Source: the human T2T-CHM13v2.0 reference genome, Homo sapiens. Taken from it: DNA of 64,000 bases. The notes below the pieces were generated by a model. It saw only the letters and a list, made by a program, of their open reading frames with translations, did not search any database and was not told where the DNA came from. The stretch's first letter is position 1; every line of letters starts with the position of its first letter. Location of the stretch: NCBI RefSeq assembly GCF_009914755.1, contig NC_060944.1; one strand, written 5' to 3'. Positions 46,522-59,149 of this stretch are shown in pieces. Both the position numbers and the translations under genes were made by a program.

Positions 46522-46698
46522 GGCATTGCCACAGGGAAGTACCACGCCGCGGTGCTCACCAACAGCGCTGAGTGGGAGGCCGCCTGTGTGAAGGCGGGCA
46601 GGAAGTGTGGGGACCTGGTGCACCCGCTGGTCTACTGCCCCGAGCTGCACTTCAGCGAGTTCACCTCAGCTGTGGCGGACATGAAGAACTCAGTGGCG
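46522..46698 (+). CDS. NPEPL1: NPEPL1 exon 10 (GIATGKYHAA...ADMKNSVA)
   Basis: AG/GT, 177 nt. Confidence 0.95.
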
Positions 46699-47164
46699 GT
46701 AGGTTTGGAGCCTCGAACCTGGAGCCTGCCACATGGGTGGAGCCGGGCAGGCGGAGCCCTGCCTTCAGGGTGCTGGTGCACCCAGGGAGCTGGGGCCCCC
46801 CAGAAGCAGCCACAGTGCAGACGAGGGCTTGAGAGGCAGGCGTCAGGGCACAGGAGTCATCCCAGACAGCGTGGGCCACTCACTGGCTTCCCTGCCACAC
46901 AGCCAAGGGTTTCTCCCCCAGTCTTGGGTCTGGCTCAGTTGCCCCATCAGGCCCTTTGCTGGCTTCCCCCTTGGCCTATGGTGGGGGCAGACTCCTTAGC
47001 TCATGGTCAAGGCCCTCCCAGCCCAGCTTCTGCTGCCTCCCCACACGCTCCCTCCCAGCCACCCCGAGCTCCTTGCAGACAGCAATAGTGACAGGCGATG
47101 GGGCAGGGTGGAGAGGGCCCGGCCGGAGCAACCCACAGGCACTGTGTCCTCCTGGCCTCCCTAG

Positions 47165-47275
47165 GACCGAGACAACAGCCCCAGCTCCTGTGCTGGCCTC
47201 TTCATCGCCTCACACATCGGCTTCGACTGGCCCGGAGTCTGGGTCCACCTGGACATTGCTGCACCGGTGCATGCT
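47165..47275 (+). CDS. NPEPL1: NPEPL1 exon 11 (DRDNSPSSCAG...WVHLDIAAPVHA)
   Basis: M17 W.HLDIA motif; 111 nt. Confidence 0.95.
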
Positions 47276-47772
47276 GTGAGTGTCTCCCCTCCCCACTGGC
47301 CCTGGCTGCTCCCGCCCGCTTGTCCAAACAGCGCCCCTCTGGCTCTGGAGCTGCTGGCAGAGCTCATCAGAAACTTCTGTCTGTGACCCAGCTTCCAGCC
47401 CGCTGTCCCCACCACCCCCAGGTCTCATCCTCCCTGGGAACAGAGTGGCTGCTGTGTGCGACCCTTCCCCAGCCAGCCTGTCCTCCATAGGGGATCCTGG
47501 GCCCTGTCTCACCCATCCCCACCCTGAGGAGCTCCCGGGGTGAAGGCAGAGCACACAGGGCCTTGCCCCCTGCCTACGCCTGGCCTGCCAGCCCTGAACG
47601 TGTCCAGCCAGCAGCATGGAAGGCTCTGGGCTCCGGCTGGTGCTCAGGATCTCCTTCCTGAGAAGGGGACTGTGGGGCACGTGGAGGGGACCCAGGAGGT
47701 GAGGGGTCCCCAGGAACCCCTCCTGTGCTGCAGCCCCACGCCCAGAGTCTGTGTCCTGCCCTTTGCTTGCAG

Positions 47773-47931
47773 GGTGAGCGAGCCACAGGCTTCGGTGTGG
47801 CCCTCCTGCTGGCGCTCTTCGGCCGTGCCTCTGAGGACCCTCTGCTGAACCTGGTGTCCCCACTGGGCTGTGAGGTGGATGTCGAGGAGGGGGACCTGGG
47901 GAGGGACTCCAAGAGACGCAGGCTTGTGTGA
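47773..47931 (+). CDS. NPEPL1: NPEPL1 exon 12 (GERATGFGVALL...SKRRRLV-stop)
   Basis: AG acceptor; the 12 exons sum to 1,572 nt = 523 aa + stop. Confidence 0.95.
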   Translation, partial: GERATGFGVALLLALFGRASEDPLLNLVSPLGCEVDVEEGDLGRDSKRRRLV

Positions 47932-48422
47932 GCCTCCTGCCTCGGCCCTGACAAACGGGGATCTTTTACCTCACTTTGCACTGATTAATTTTAAGCAATT
48001 GAAAGATTGCCCTTCATATGGGTTTTGGTTTGTCTTTCTGGTCGTCAGCGTGGTGGTGGAAACAGCTGAAGTTTTAGGAGACAGCTTAGGGTTTGGTGCG
48101 GGCCACGGGGAGGGGACCGGGAAGCGCTGGGGCTTGTTTCTGTTTGTTACTTACAGGACTGAGACATCTTCTGTAAACTGCTACCCCTGGGGCCTTCTGC
48201 ACCCCGGGGTGAGGCCTCCTGCCTGCCTGGTGCCCTGTCCCAGCCCCAGGTCCTGTGCAGGGCACCTGCGTGGCTGACAGCCAGGCTCTTACTCCAGCCG
48301 GGGCTGCCAGCGCATCCAGCCAGCCCAGCCCTGTGAAAGATGGAGCTGACTTGCTGCAGGGGACCTGATTTATAGGGCAAGAGAAGTCACACTCCGGCCT
48401 CTCAGAATTCACTTGAGGTTCA

Positions 48423-48428
48423 ATTAAA
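48423..48428 (+). terminator. NPEPL1: Candidate NPEPL1 poly(A) signal ATTAAA
   Basis: AATAAA/ATTAAA-type hexamer about 490 nt after the stop codon. Confidence 0.55.
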
Positions 48429-49869
48429 TACAGTCACACCGCCCCCTCACCTGGCCTCGTTCTTCTTTCTCCCCCTCCATTTTAGAAACGGGTCCTGGAG
48501 CCCATCTAGGGAATGTAGTGCAGGGCTGCCTCCTGCTTCTCCCAGACCGGCTCTGGCTTTGAGCCCCAGCTGGTCAACCCAGTGTTGATGACAGGAGCCC
48601 AGGACCTGGGGAGGACAGGGGGCCGCTGGGCCTAGGCCTGGCCTTCCTGACCATTTTGATTTTCTGGGTGCACACAGCACAGACTCCAGGTGGAAGTGCT
48701 GTGGGCTCCTGAACTCTCTACAGCCCGGCAGCCTGCACGGAGGCCGTTCTGTCTCTCGAGGGTCCTGGAGCCTGCGCTGTGTGAGGTCGACTGTGCTTCC
48801 GTGCCCCTGGGCACTGTCCTAGGTGATAAAGGGCAGGGCCCCGAAGCCAATTCGGATCTCCCGGGAGCCCCGCCAGGATTCAGGGAACCCCTGAACCTGG
48901 GCTCCAGGAAAAGCAGGTGAGGCGGGTCCAAGGCACCCAGGAGCCAGGCTCCCACTGGCTTGGGTGACAGTACAGGCCAGGACCTTGTCCCTGCCATACA
49001 TCCCCTTTGCTGTCAGTCGCAGCAGGGCTGCCTGGGGCCCCCCAGGAAGGGATTGGGTCTGAGGCCCCACAGGGAAGGGGACAGTGCCCACCTCTCTTCA
49101 GCTAGGGCCGAGGGTGAGGACCTGGCTGCAGATCTGTGGGACACGTGGCCCTAGGCTGTGTCCTGAGCCCCTGGCCACCCCACCCCAAGGGTCCCCAGAA
49201 TCCATGTGCCCCCACAGCCCTGGAAATCAAGGTGACTTTCTGGGCCTGATCGCAAGCAAATATTTATTAACTGCCTGCTGTGTACACAGCCCCGGCTGGG
49301 CCTGAAAAGGCAAGAACTGGCTCCAAGGTCCTGGCCCTGTCTGAGGAAACTGTCACCCAACACAATGACAGCAATTGTGGGCAGCAGCCGGGGAGACGGA
49401 GCCGGAGCTCCTGAGCAGGGGCGGCTGCAGCCGGGGTTAGGAGCCTTCACGGGTCATTAGCTTGCTTAATGGTGCTGCAGTAGGCCCCGCTTGCCGGCCT
49501 CCCCTGAGACACCCAGAAGAGGCAGAGGTCCTGAGGTGGCTGGCTCCTTCTCCAGGGCAGCTGGCACCGTCTGCTCCTGCTACCAGGGGTGCGCCCGCAT
49601 GGACACAGGATGCAGGGTCAGGGAGCAGGGGAGGAACTGAGTCTCCCTTGTGCAGGCACAAAGGCGGCCTCAGGACCAGGGACCCAGCTGGGCACCAGCT
49701 GCTGGCTGGCCTGGCCTGCCTGCCGGCGTCGGGGGGCCCACGGGGGTGAGCCAGAGGCCTGGCTTTCCCTGGGGCCAAAGGGCTCTAGGAGGCAACGGCT
49801 GCTTCCCCAGGCCCCACCAGAGCCCTGGCAACAGGGTCATGGGGCGGCTGGCGGTGCTGGGGGGCAGGT

Positions 49870-52800
49870 GGGTGCTCTGGGTCCACTTGATCATGGTTTC
49901 CGGGGAGCAGTGCAGGAAGACGAGCTTGGTGCAGAGCCCCCACAGGCAGGCTAGCGCACAGCCCCAAGGAAGTGCTCCCAGATGAACTTGGCCGAGAGCA
50001 TCACCATGGCCACGCCAAGTAGGCGGGGCTAGGACCCCACCCACACCCCCTCCCTGGAATCCCAGGGCCCACCTGGGTGATGTTATCCCAGAGACAGGGA
50101 CAAGAGATGAGAGGATGGAAATGTCTCTGGGAAAAAGGCTGCAGGAGCTGGAGGTGATGAGCAGAGCAGGCGAAGGAAAGGGAGGCCCCTCCTCCCTCCA
50201 TGTTAGAGAAGGGAGCCCTAGATCTGGCCACCAGCGGCCTGTGCACACCTGGGGCTGAGGGCACACAGGGCTGCACATACACACTCAAGGCCACTGTGAG
50301 AACAGGTGAGCAGGGCCAGAGGGCTATGGAAAGCCCGGCTGAAGGCTGCACCTCCAGGCTGAAGAGAGCTTTACCGGCATCCGCCAGGAAGCCTGGGCTC
50401 TGGGGCTGTGTCATTGTAGATGACCATTTCCAGGTCGTGGCCACAGCCCCGGTTCTGGTCACAGCTGGGCCACCAATCCTCCTGCGCCACCCACCACTTA
50501 GCCATCGGGCCGTCTTCAGGGCATCGGCCGGCCTCAGCTGCTGCAGCCAGACCCTGGCGTTGCGGAAGGCTGGCCAGTCCACATCCTGCAGCCTACGAGG
50601 GTGCGCTGTGTGAGGGGTACAGGCCCCGGCCTGGGAGAGGACCCAGATGCAGGCCCCCAGAACTGATGGAAAATCTCTCCCCAGAGGTCAGGTCTTTGTC
50701 AGCAAAGGTGGGAAACCAGGGGAGCGGCGGCACCAGGCTCCAGAGACATTTGAAATGACTTCAGAAGACCCAGGGCCACTCAGGGTGACCACATCGGACA
50801 GCTGCCTCCCACAGGCTGTGACGGATGTTTAAGCAAGGGATCGATGGTCACCTGACTCTCAGGAGTGCAGGAGAGGCCACTGAGACCCATTCAGAAGGGA
50901 CTGGGTGTTGGTCCCTGTGGACTCGGCCTCTGGCTGGTGGTGAGGAGGAGGATTTCTCACCACCCATCCTCTGGCCCCTGCTGCCCAAGGGAGCAGACTC
51001 CTGTGAGCTGGGTTCCGGGAAGTCCGTCTCCAGCAGGAACTCCAGGCCAAGCGCGCATCTCTGTGATCGTGTGTCACCATGGCGGTGCGTGCGTGAGTGC
51101 ATGCGTGTGCACTGGTCTGTGGCCTGTGGTGCGTGAGTTCCACTAGGACCCATGTGAGGTGGAGGGTCTTCCACCTCCCCTCCCATTCGGGCCCTCCCTG
51201 TGCCACACAGACACCCATCTGTGCCTTCCCCTTCTGTGCCACCAAAAATGGAAGAGATAGACACTTAAAAGAAGCAACTCAAATGGAATGAAATCGTTTC
51301 TGTTGGGGAATGCTCAAGACGTTCAATCATCTTAGAAAATCCCACCCCACCTCCCGCTGCAGATTAATTACTGTAAGTGCAACTCCAATCGGGCTGGTGA
51401 CCCCCCAGGAAACCTCTGAAGCTGTCCCAGGCTGTTCCCAACATGGGACCTCCACTCTGGCACACCAGGACCCGAGGCCCCTGACAGGCTCCTCGTTCCT
51501 GCCTCGCTCAAGGCTCAGGTCCCCCACCTGAAATACCCCCTCCCACCAGCATCTCCTGCCTCGCTCCTGCTGCCAGGTCCCCAAAAGCTCTTGTTCATGA
51601 GCTCGCCTGCCATCCACAGCCCCCACCAGAACCCAAGTGGCTGTGGAATTCGCTGCCCTGATTCTCTGCCCAGAGCCTCGGTCCAGACTGTGTTCCCTGG
51701 CGAATTAGTGTTCAGCATTTTTGTTTATTTGTTTGTTCTTTAACAAAAGTTGTTTTGGTTTGAGATTCAGCAAAAATACACACTGCATTCAGCTTCCTCT
51801 CCATTCAGGATTCAGTAAATTGGTTGTTTTCCTGTCTGCTTCGAGTCCTTGCCTCAAATGAGCCTTCAACAAGATAATGCATTGAAAAGCCCTTGGAAAA
51901 GTACCAGGCCCCGCGCACATGTACAGCCCAGGCCCCACGCACATGGACGGCATTGTCATCATGCAGCTCTCGGAGGCAAGGCCAGCAGCACACAAAGCTC
52001 CCACCTCACCCACATTAGGCTCAGCTTCTGGGGAACATTGGCCCAGGCGGGGGTCCTTCCCCACGGCCTCACAAATAGGGCTCAGGAGGGGTGGGGCTGC
52101 CTTCATGCAACCCTGCTGCTAGGCTGGTCCCCAAAGCCCAGACCTGTGCCCCTCCCCATGGCCTGGGCTTGCTTTCTTCCCTTGCACAGGGCCAAGGGGA
52201 CAAGGATGCAGCAGATGAGATGCTAACACACCCTCAGGGAGGTGACAGTCCTTCCTGACATCCAACCGATGGGCCATCTTTGCTTTCAGTGCCTGCTGGA
52301 GTCCCGAGGGCTTTGGGGATCAGTCCAGGCAGCATTCTGCAGTCAGGAAAACAACATTGAAAACCAAAACCCACAATTACAAAGCATAGAAGCCTGGTTT
52401 ACGTTCACCGATGGCACAGTTAGAACCCACGGCAGCCTCCAGCTGAAACGATCTGTTCCCATTGGCTGCATAAGAAACTCAGTGATGTCATGGACCCCTT
52501 TGCCTCCCTTAAATCAGTTTAGCAGTTACCCCAACTTCACAACCGTGAGTTCTTTTGAGGGCCTGAGACCCCCCTTTCTCCTAATGAGTTGGATAAGTTT
52601 CTGTGGCATCCATGACCCAGCTTGTTCCAGTGCATGAAGGCCCAAAGCCAGCTTCCTTGTCCAACAATATTTGCTAAACACTACTGGCATGCAGTCCCTG
52701 AAAAGCAGATCCCTCCTGCAGGTGTGTCTTCCCAGCCTGCAAGTGGAACGGCTTCCGGAAGGAGGAGCCGGCACGGCCCTGCAGGAAGCTGGAGGAGGGC

Positions 52801-54754
52801 TGTGCCCCTGGCACCCACAGGGGCGGGGGTGACTGAGGACTCCCCCCTGCCCCATCGGGGTGTTATTAGCCATTACCAGAAGAGCTAATGTGTCATCAGC
52901 AATTTGCCACATGCAAGGCAGCCCCTGGGAGGTGCTGTTATCTTCCCCCCTATTCCAGCAGGTGCAGAAGCCCCAGGTCGCACAGGTTGTTTGTGAAAGG
53001 GAAGGGGGCATCCAAACCCCGATGGCCCAGCAGATTCACGTATGCTGGCTGATGAAGGTGGGAGGGAGGGAGGGAAGTGAATAAATAGAAGGCCGGACAG
53101 AGACATACAGCCAGGCCAAAAGGACTCATTACTGTTGAATATCCCAGACTCATTACTGTTGAATACCCCGGGCCTCGGTCTCCTCATCTGTAAAATGGAT
53201 GGGCCTTGCAAAACAAAAACCTTCATGACTTTGGATTTGTCATTGATTTCTTGGCTATGACACCAAAGGCACAGGCAGCAAAAGAAAAAATAGACAAATT
53301 GGACTTCATGCAAATTAAGAAATTTTGCACATCAAAAGACAGTATTCACAGAGTAAAAAGGCAACCCACACAATGGGAAAAACATTTACAAATCATATAC
53401 CTGATAAGGCATTGATATTCAGAATATAAAAACTCCTAAAGTGCAACAACAACAATAAAAGAATCTGATTCAAAAACACTCAAAGGACGCTTCAATAGAT
53501 AAAAAAGGACACAAATGGCTCAAAAGCACAGGAAAAGATGCTCGGCATCACCGTCATTCAAAAAATAGAAATTAAAACCCCGGTGAGAAACCACGCTGCA
53601 CTCATTAGGAGGGCCACTATCACAAAAACAGAAAATAACAGGTGTTGGTAAAAATGTAGGGGAATCACAACGCTGGCGCACGGCCGGTGGGAATGGAAAA
53701 TGGGTCAGGTGCTGTGAAAAACAGTATGGCGGTTCCTCAAAAGATTACAAATAGAATGACCACGCGATGCAGCAACTCCACTTCGGGGTATACACCCCAA
53801 AGAATTGAAAGCAGGGCCTCGAAGAGATATTTGCACACTCAGGTTCACAGAAGCATTATTCACAATCGCTCAAATGTGGATGCAACCCAAATACCCATCA
53901 GTGGATGAACAAGTAATAATCAAATGTCACAAATACAAGGTGTGGATGTTCAGCCTTAAAAAGGAAGTTCCAACACAGGCTACACCGTGGATGAACCTTG
54001 AGGAATTATGCTAAGTCAAATAAGCCAGTCACAAAAACACAAATACTGTAGGATTCCACTTTTACGAGGTAAGTTAGAGCAGTCAAAATCATAGAGACAG
54101 AAAGTAGGAGGCTGGTTGCCAGGGGCTGAAGGGAGGGGGGAATGAGCAGTTAGTGTTGAACGGGGATAGAATTTCCATTTTACGAGATGAAAGGGGTCGT
54201 GGAGATGATGGTGGTGCGGGTTGTACATTATGAATGCACTTAATGCCACTTGACTATACATTCAGAAATGGGGAAGATGGCAGATTTTATGTTACGTGTA
54301 TTTTACCACAATAAAAAGATAATACATTTTAAAAAATATAGATGGGCCCTGGACTCCTCTGGCCACCTGTGCCCCGGGAGGCAGGATGGGTCCGTGTGCC
54401 ATGCCCAGGTCAGCAGAACTGGGCTCAAATCCCGACTCTGCCACTTTTGTAGCTTTGAGTCCTGGCGTCAGTCAGCCAGATTCTTCACCTGTGCAAGGGG
54501 GACATATGTCCATGAAAGTGCCATGTAAATGGGCAAAAGACGACTCCTTTGCTCACGTGGTAAACCCCACCCTGCAACAGTTGTGCTCGGCAGAAAACCC
54601 TCTGTGCCAGGGCACTGCTGGAGCAAGGAGGGGCTCCTACAGGCTCTCTCGGGTGTGCGTGAGCGTGCAGGCCAGTGGGTCTCGTGTTTCCTTATCCACG
54701 TAGTATACCACGTGCTCGCTGGCTACTTCCACATTCATGACCAGAGACTCATTC
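49870..54754 (-). pseudogene. PIEZO1P2: 3' end of an unprocessed PIEZO-family pseudogene (exon remnants 54641-54754, 50375-50592 and about 49870-50028); symbol tentative
   Basis: LCTKLVFLHCSPETMIKWTQ, WWV...LEMVIYND...SPGFLA and AKFIWEHF resemble the PIEZO1 C-terminus; exon order and splice sites preserved; frameshifts, a stop and deletions present. Confidence 0.82.
53210..54330 (+). mobile_element. L1MB-like 3' end
   Basis: Degenerate ORF2 end plus 3'UTR (cttaatgccact...ttttatgttacgtgta). Confidence 0.75.
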
Positions 54755-55124
54755 CTGAATTGGGGAAGGAAAAGCCAAGTGCAGATCCGGAGAAACAAAG
54801 GTAGCCCCAGATGCTCGGGCCCAGCTTCCTTCCCCATCCCAGTCTGCACCCTGCACCCTCTGCCCTCTCAGCTCGGCTTCCTCCATCCAATCTTCGCTTG
54901 GCCCTGAAAATTCCAGGCAGAATAGACACACATGGCTCCTGCCCACTCCTGTGCAAACTCGTGGGCCCCCGAAGGAAGACATGGTATCTTCCTATGGCTG
55001 GGAGATGTCGCAGTCCCATTTCCTCCCCATGCTATAAATAAACGACTCACAGACAGCAGTTCTAGGCAGAGGGAATGGTGTCAGGGAACACTGCAGGCCC
55101 CCACCTCCCCTCCGTGTGTAGTTT

Positions 55125-55650
55125 TGTATTCACTCATTCATTCAATGAACATTCATTGTGCTCCTGCTCTGTGTCAGGTGCTGAGAGACGAAGTTGAGGA
55201 GAGATGGCCCCTGCCCTCCCAGGGTTCACAGTCCCGCCAGGAGGACAGGTGCTCATCACAGTATTACCCAAAGAAATACACCACAAACTGGGATGACTGC
55301 CGTGAAGTATGGGCAGGTGGTGTGATGAGGACATTTTAAAGGGAGGCCTGTCCTTGCTTGGGGAGGGGACCAGGTAGGGAACGCCTCCCTGGAGGTATAG
55401 ATACATGAGCTGAGAGTGCAAGGATGTGAGTACTCAATGGTGCAGAAGATGGGAGAAATCAGTTCCAGTGCAGGGTGCAGCATGTGCAAAAGCCCAGGCT
55501 GGAGTGGGCTGTGACAAGTTACAGAAATGCAAAGGAGGCCACTGCTGCTGAAAAGGAGAGGGGGGCACGGGGATGGGGGAGTGAGATGGGGTGGGAGAGG
55601 TGGACACAGGCCTTGCAGGTCACGAGAGAGTGCTGTGTGAATATGACCAT
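55125..55650. mobile_element. L2 fragment
   Basis: cattcattcaatgaacattcattgtgctcctgctctgtgtcagg; cagcatgtgcaaaagccc. Confidence 0.6.
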
Positions 55651-56551
55651 TTCCCTGAGGACGCCCCAGTCCTCAGCACGGGGTGGCTGGAATTCCCACA
55701 GAGAGCCACAGGCTTACTGGCTTGAGAGTGAGGGAGTGGAATTTGGGCTGTCAGAGCCCAGGGAAGTCCCAGGGATGGGGGGAAGTGAGAATGTCCTGCA
55801 AGGCAAGAGACAGAGCACCCTGAAGCTCGGTCTGACTCCTGTTTCTGGTCATGGTAGAGCTGCAGGGGCTGCATTTAACTACTGCTTTAGATGAGTTAGA
55901 AAGCCAGACAAATCTATAGAAAGCATTGTTTCAGACACAAGAAACATGCAGCCCCAGAGTGATGCCTGCGAGAAATGGAACAAATGAGATGCGCCTCCAA
56001 CCAGCCCAGCTCCCTGCCTGGGGAGAGTTTCCAGGTGTGGCCCAGGGAGGAGAAACCCAAGCCAAGCCCAGGCAGGTGGCCTCCATGAGCTCAAGGGACA
56101 GAGTTGAACATCCAGGATGGCCAAGGCAGCTGGAGTTTGCTGGACACAGAACTCGGAAGAAGAGAGTGGCACAGAGAGAAAGGAATCCAGAGACGGGCAG
56201 GGGGTTCCCCTGAGTCTTCATGGAGTACTGAGTACTCCTCAGCACATGTGAGGAGGACACTACCCCAAGCTAGGGAAGGAACCATCCTAAGGTGCAGAGG
56301 GGACAAGGACCACTCACACAGCACCCAAACAGGCCACATTCCCAAGAGGCAGGAGCACAGCAAAGGCTTTGAGGTCTGAACTGCCATATACAACAGCACT
56401 CAAGCTCCAGGCTCACCTCTGAGCAGCGCATGCACTGGTCACCTGCAAGTCACACAGCCAAAGCTCTTAAGAGAGAACTAACATCTGAACCACCGCTCAT
56501 GGGAGAGAAAGAATGTGCAGTGTGAATTTCACTGGATTCATTGCCCGCTAA

Positions 56552-56665
56552 AGAGGAGGAGGAGGAGGAGGAGGAGGAGGAGGAGGAAGAGTTGGATGAT
56601 GAGGAGTGGGGGAAGGAGGAGAGAAGGAAGAGGAAGAAGAAGAAGAGAAAGGTAGAAAAGAAGGA
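56552..56665. repeat. (GAG)n/purine-rich tract
   Basis: Directly visible. Confidence 0.9.
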
Positions 56666-57800
56666 GAAATAAATTAGCATTCTCCAGAAGATTTAAACAG
56701 GATCCAGTCTTCTAACATACAAAAACTACAAGTCCAGGATGAAAACCCAACATTATTTGACATACCAAGAATCAGGAAAATCTGACCAATTCTTAAGAGA
56801 AAATACAATCAAAAGATGCCAATCCTGAGATGACCCTGATGCTGGAATTGTCGGATGAAGACTTCAGAGAAATGATTATAACTATCCTTCACGAAGTAAA
56901 ACTTAAAAACATTGAAATGGATGGAAAAATAGGAGTTTGACAAAGAAAAACTATAAAAAAGAACCACTAAATGTGATGTGGTATCCTAGAACAAAAAAGG
57001 ACATTAATGTAAAAACTGGTGAAATCTAAGTGGAATCTGGAGTTTGGTTGGTAGGAACCTACCAATGTTGGCCTGTTGGTTTTGACAAACATTCTATGGT
57101 ATGTTAATGTAAGATGTCAAAATTAGGGAAAACCGGGTGAGAAGTAAATGGAAATGCTCTGTGTTTTATCTTGGCAACTTTTCCGTAAATGGAAAATTAT
57201 TACAAAATAAAAAGTCTAAAGAATCAATATGGCAGAAGAAAGAGCCAGTAAACTTGAATATAGATCAATAGAAATTATTCTAACTGAAGAACTGACAGAA
57301 CAAAAAGATTTCAAAATATGAGTGCCTCAGGGACTTGTTAGACAATATCGAAACATCTAATACTCTTATAATTGGAATCCCTAAGAGAAGACAGATTGGT
57401 GGAGATAAATATTTTTTGAAAAGAATGATAGCAGAACCTTTCCAAATATGGGAAAAGACATAAATTTACAGGTTCAAGAAGTTTAGAGCACTCCAAACAG
57501 GATGAAATCAAAAAAATGCACACCCAAACACATCATAATCAGATTACTGAAAACCAAAGATAAAGAAAAATCTAAAAAGCAGCCAGAGAAAAAACATACC
57601 TACCGCAGTGATAAACAATGACTGAAGATTAACCAGAAAACATGGTTGTCAGAAGACATGGGAACACATCTTTAAAAACATGAAACAAAAGAACTGTCAA
57701 CTCAGAATTCTACATAGAGCAAAAATTGTCAAGAATGAAAGCAAAAAAAAAAAAAAAAAAAAGACACACTCTGAGGAAGAAGAAAAGACTTAAAGAATCC

Positions 57801-58110
<310 letters not shown>

Positions 58111-58759
58111 CTAAAAGAAAGGATGTTGTTCAGACAAAGGAATTACACCGGTATAAGACTTGGAACTTCAGGAATGAAGGAAGAACAACAGAAAAGGTAA
58201 ATATCTGGTAAATATAATGGGTTACTTTTCTTCTCCAAAGTACCTAAAATGTATATAAGCTATAAAAAGCAAATATTATAACATTATCAAGGGCATTAAA
58301 TGTATGTAGATTTAATACTTATGACAATTATAACAGAGGAGTTAAAAGTATAACATAAAGAGGGTAAAGTATGACACAGAGAAGGTAAAGATAACCACAT
58401 AGTTATAAGCCTTCTATATTTTACATGCTACGATGAAATACTAACTCTAAATAGATTATGAAAAGTTAGGTATGTATATAATGCCTAAAGCAGCAACTAA
58501 AAAGTAATGCAAAGAGATACAGCAATAAAAGCCAATAAATAAAATAAATAGAATATTAAAAATATTCACATAATTCAAAAGAAGCCAGAAAAAGGAACAT
58601 AGAAAACAATGAGAAAATAGAAAAATAATAAAATGGTAGACCTAAATGTAACTATATCAATAATGACATTAAATTGAAACAATCTAAATATAGCAATGAA
58701 AAAAATTGTCACATTGGATTGAAAAAAAAAAAAAAAACAGGATCCAATCATATGCTACA

Positions 58760-59115
58760 TGATATGGTTTGGCTGTGTCCCCACCAAAATCTCATCTTGA
58801 ATTCCCAGATGTTATGGGAGCAACCCAGTGGGACGTAATTGAATCATGGGGGCAGGCCTTTCCTGCGCTATTCTCATGATAGTGAATTACTCTCATGAGA
58901 TCTGATGGTTTTGAGAAACAGGAGTCTCCCTACACAAGCTCTCTCTTTGCCTGCTGCCATCCATGTAAGACATGATTTGCTCCTCCTTGCCTTGTGCCAT
59001 GACTGTGAGGCTTTCCCAGCCATGTGGAACTGTAAGTCCAATTAAACTTCTTTCTTTTGTAAATTGCCCAGTCTCAGATATGTCTTTATCAGCCACATGA
59101 AAACAGACTAATACA
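58760..59115 (-). mobile_element. THE1 (THE1C-like) solo LTR
   Basis: TGATATGG...ACTAATACA termini; 5-bp duplication ctaca/ctata; strand tentative. Confidence 0.85.
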
Positions 59116-59149
59116 CTATATATAAGAAATACACTTTAAATATAATTGT

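Noticed and set aside
48837-48851. GPEAN peptide resembling PIEZO1 NGPEANPV
   Set aside because: Wrong strand and wrong position relative to the other PIEZO exons; the expected small exon between 50592 and 54641 could not be located confidently
55870-56530. Possible further PIEZO exons
   Set aside because: Sequence looks like an old L1M 5' region; peptide similarity is not convincing
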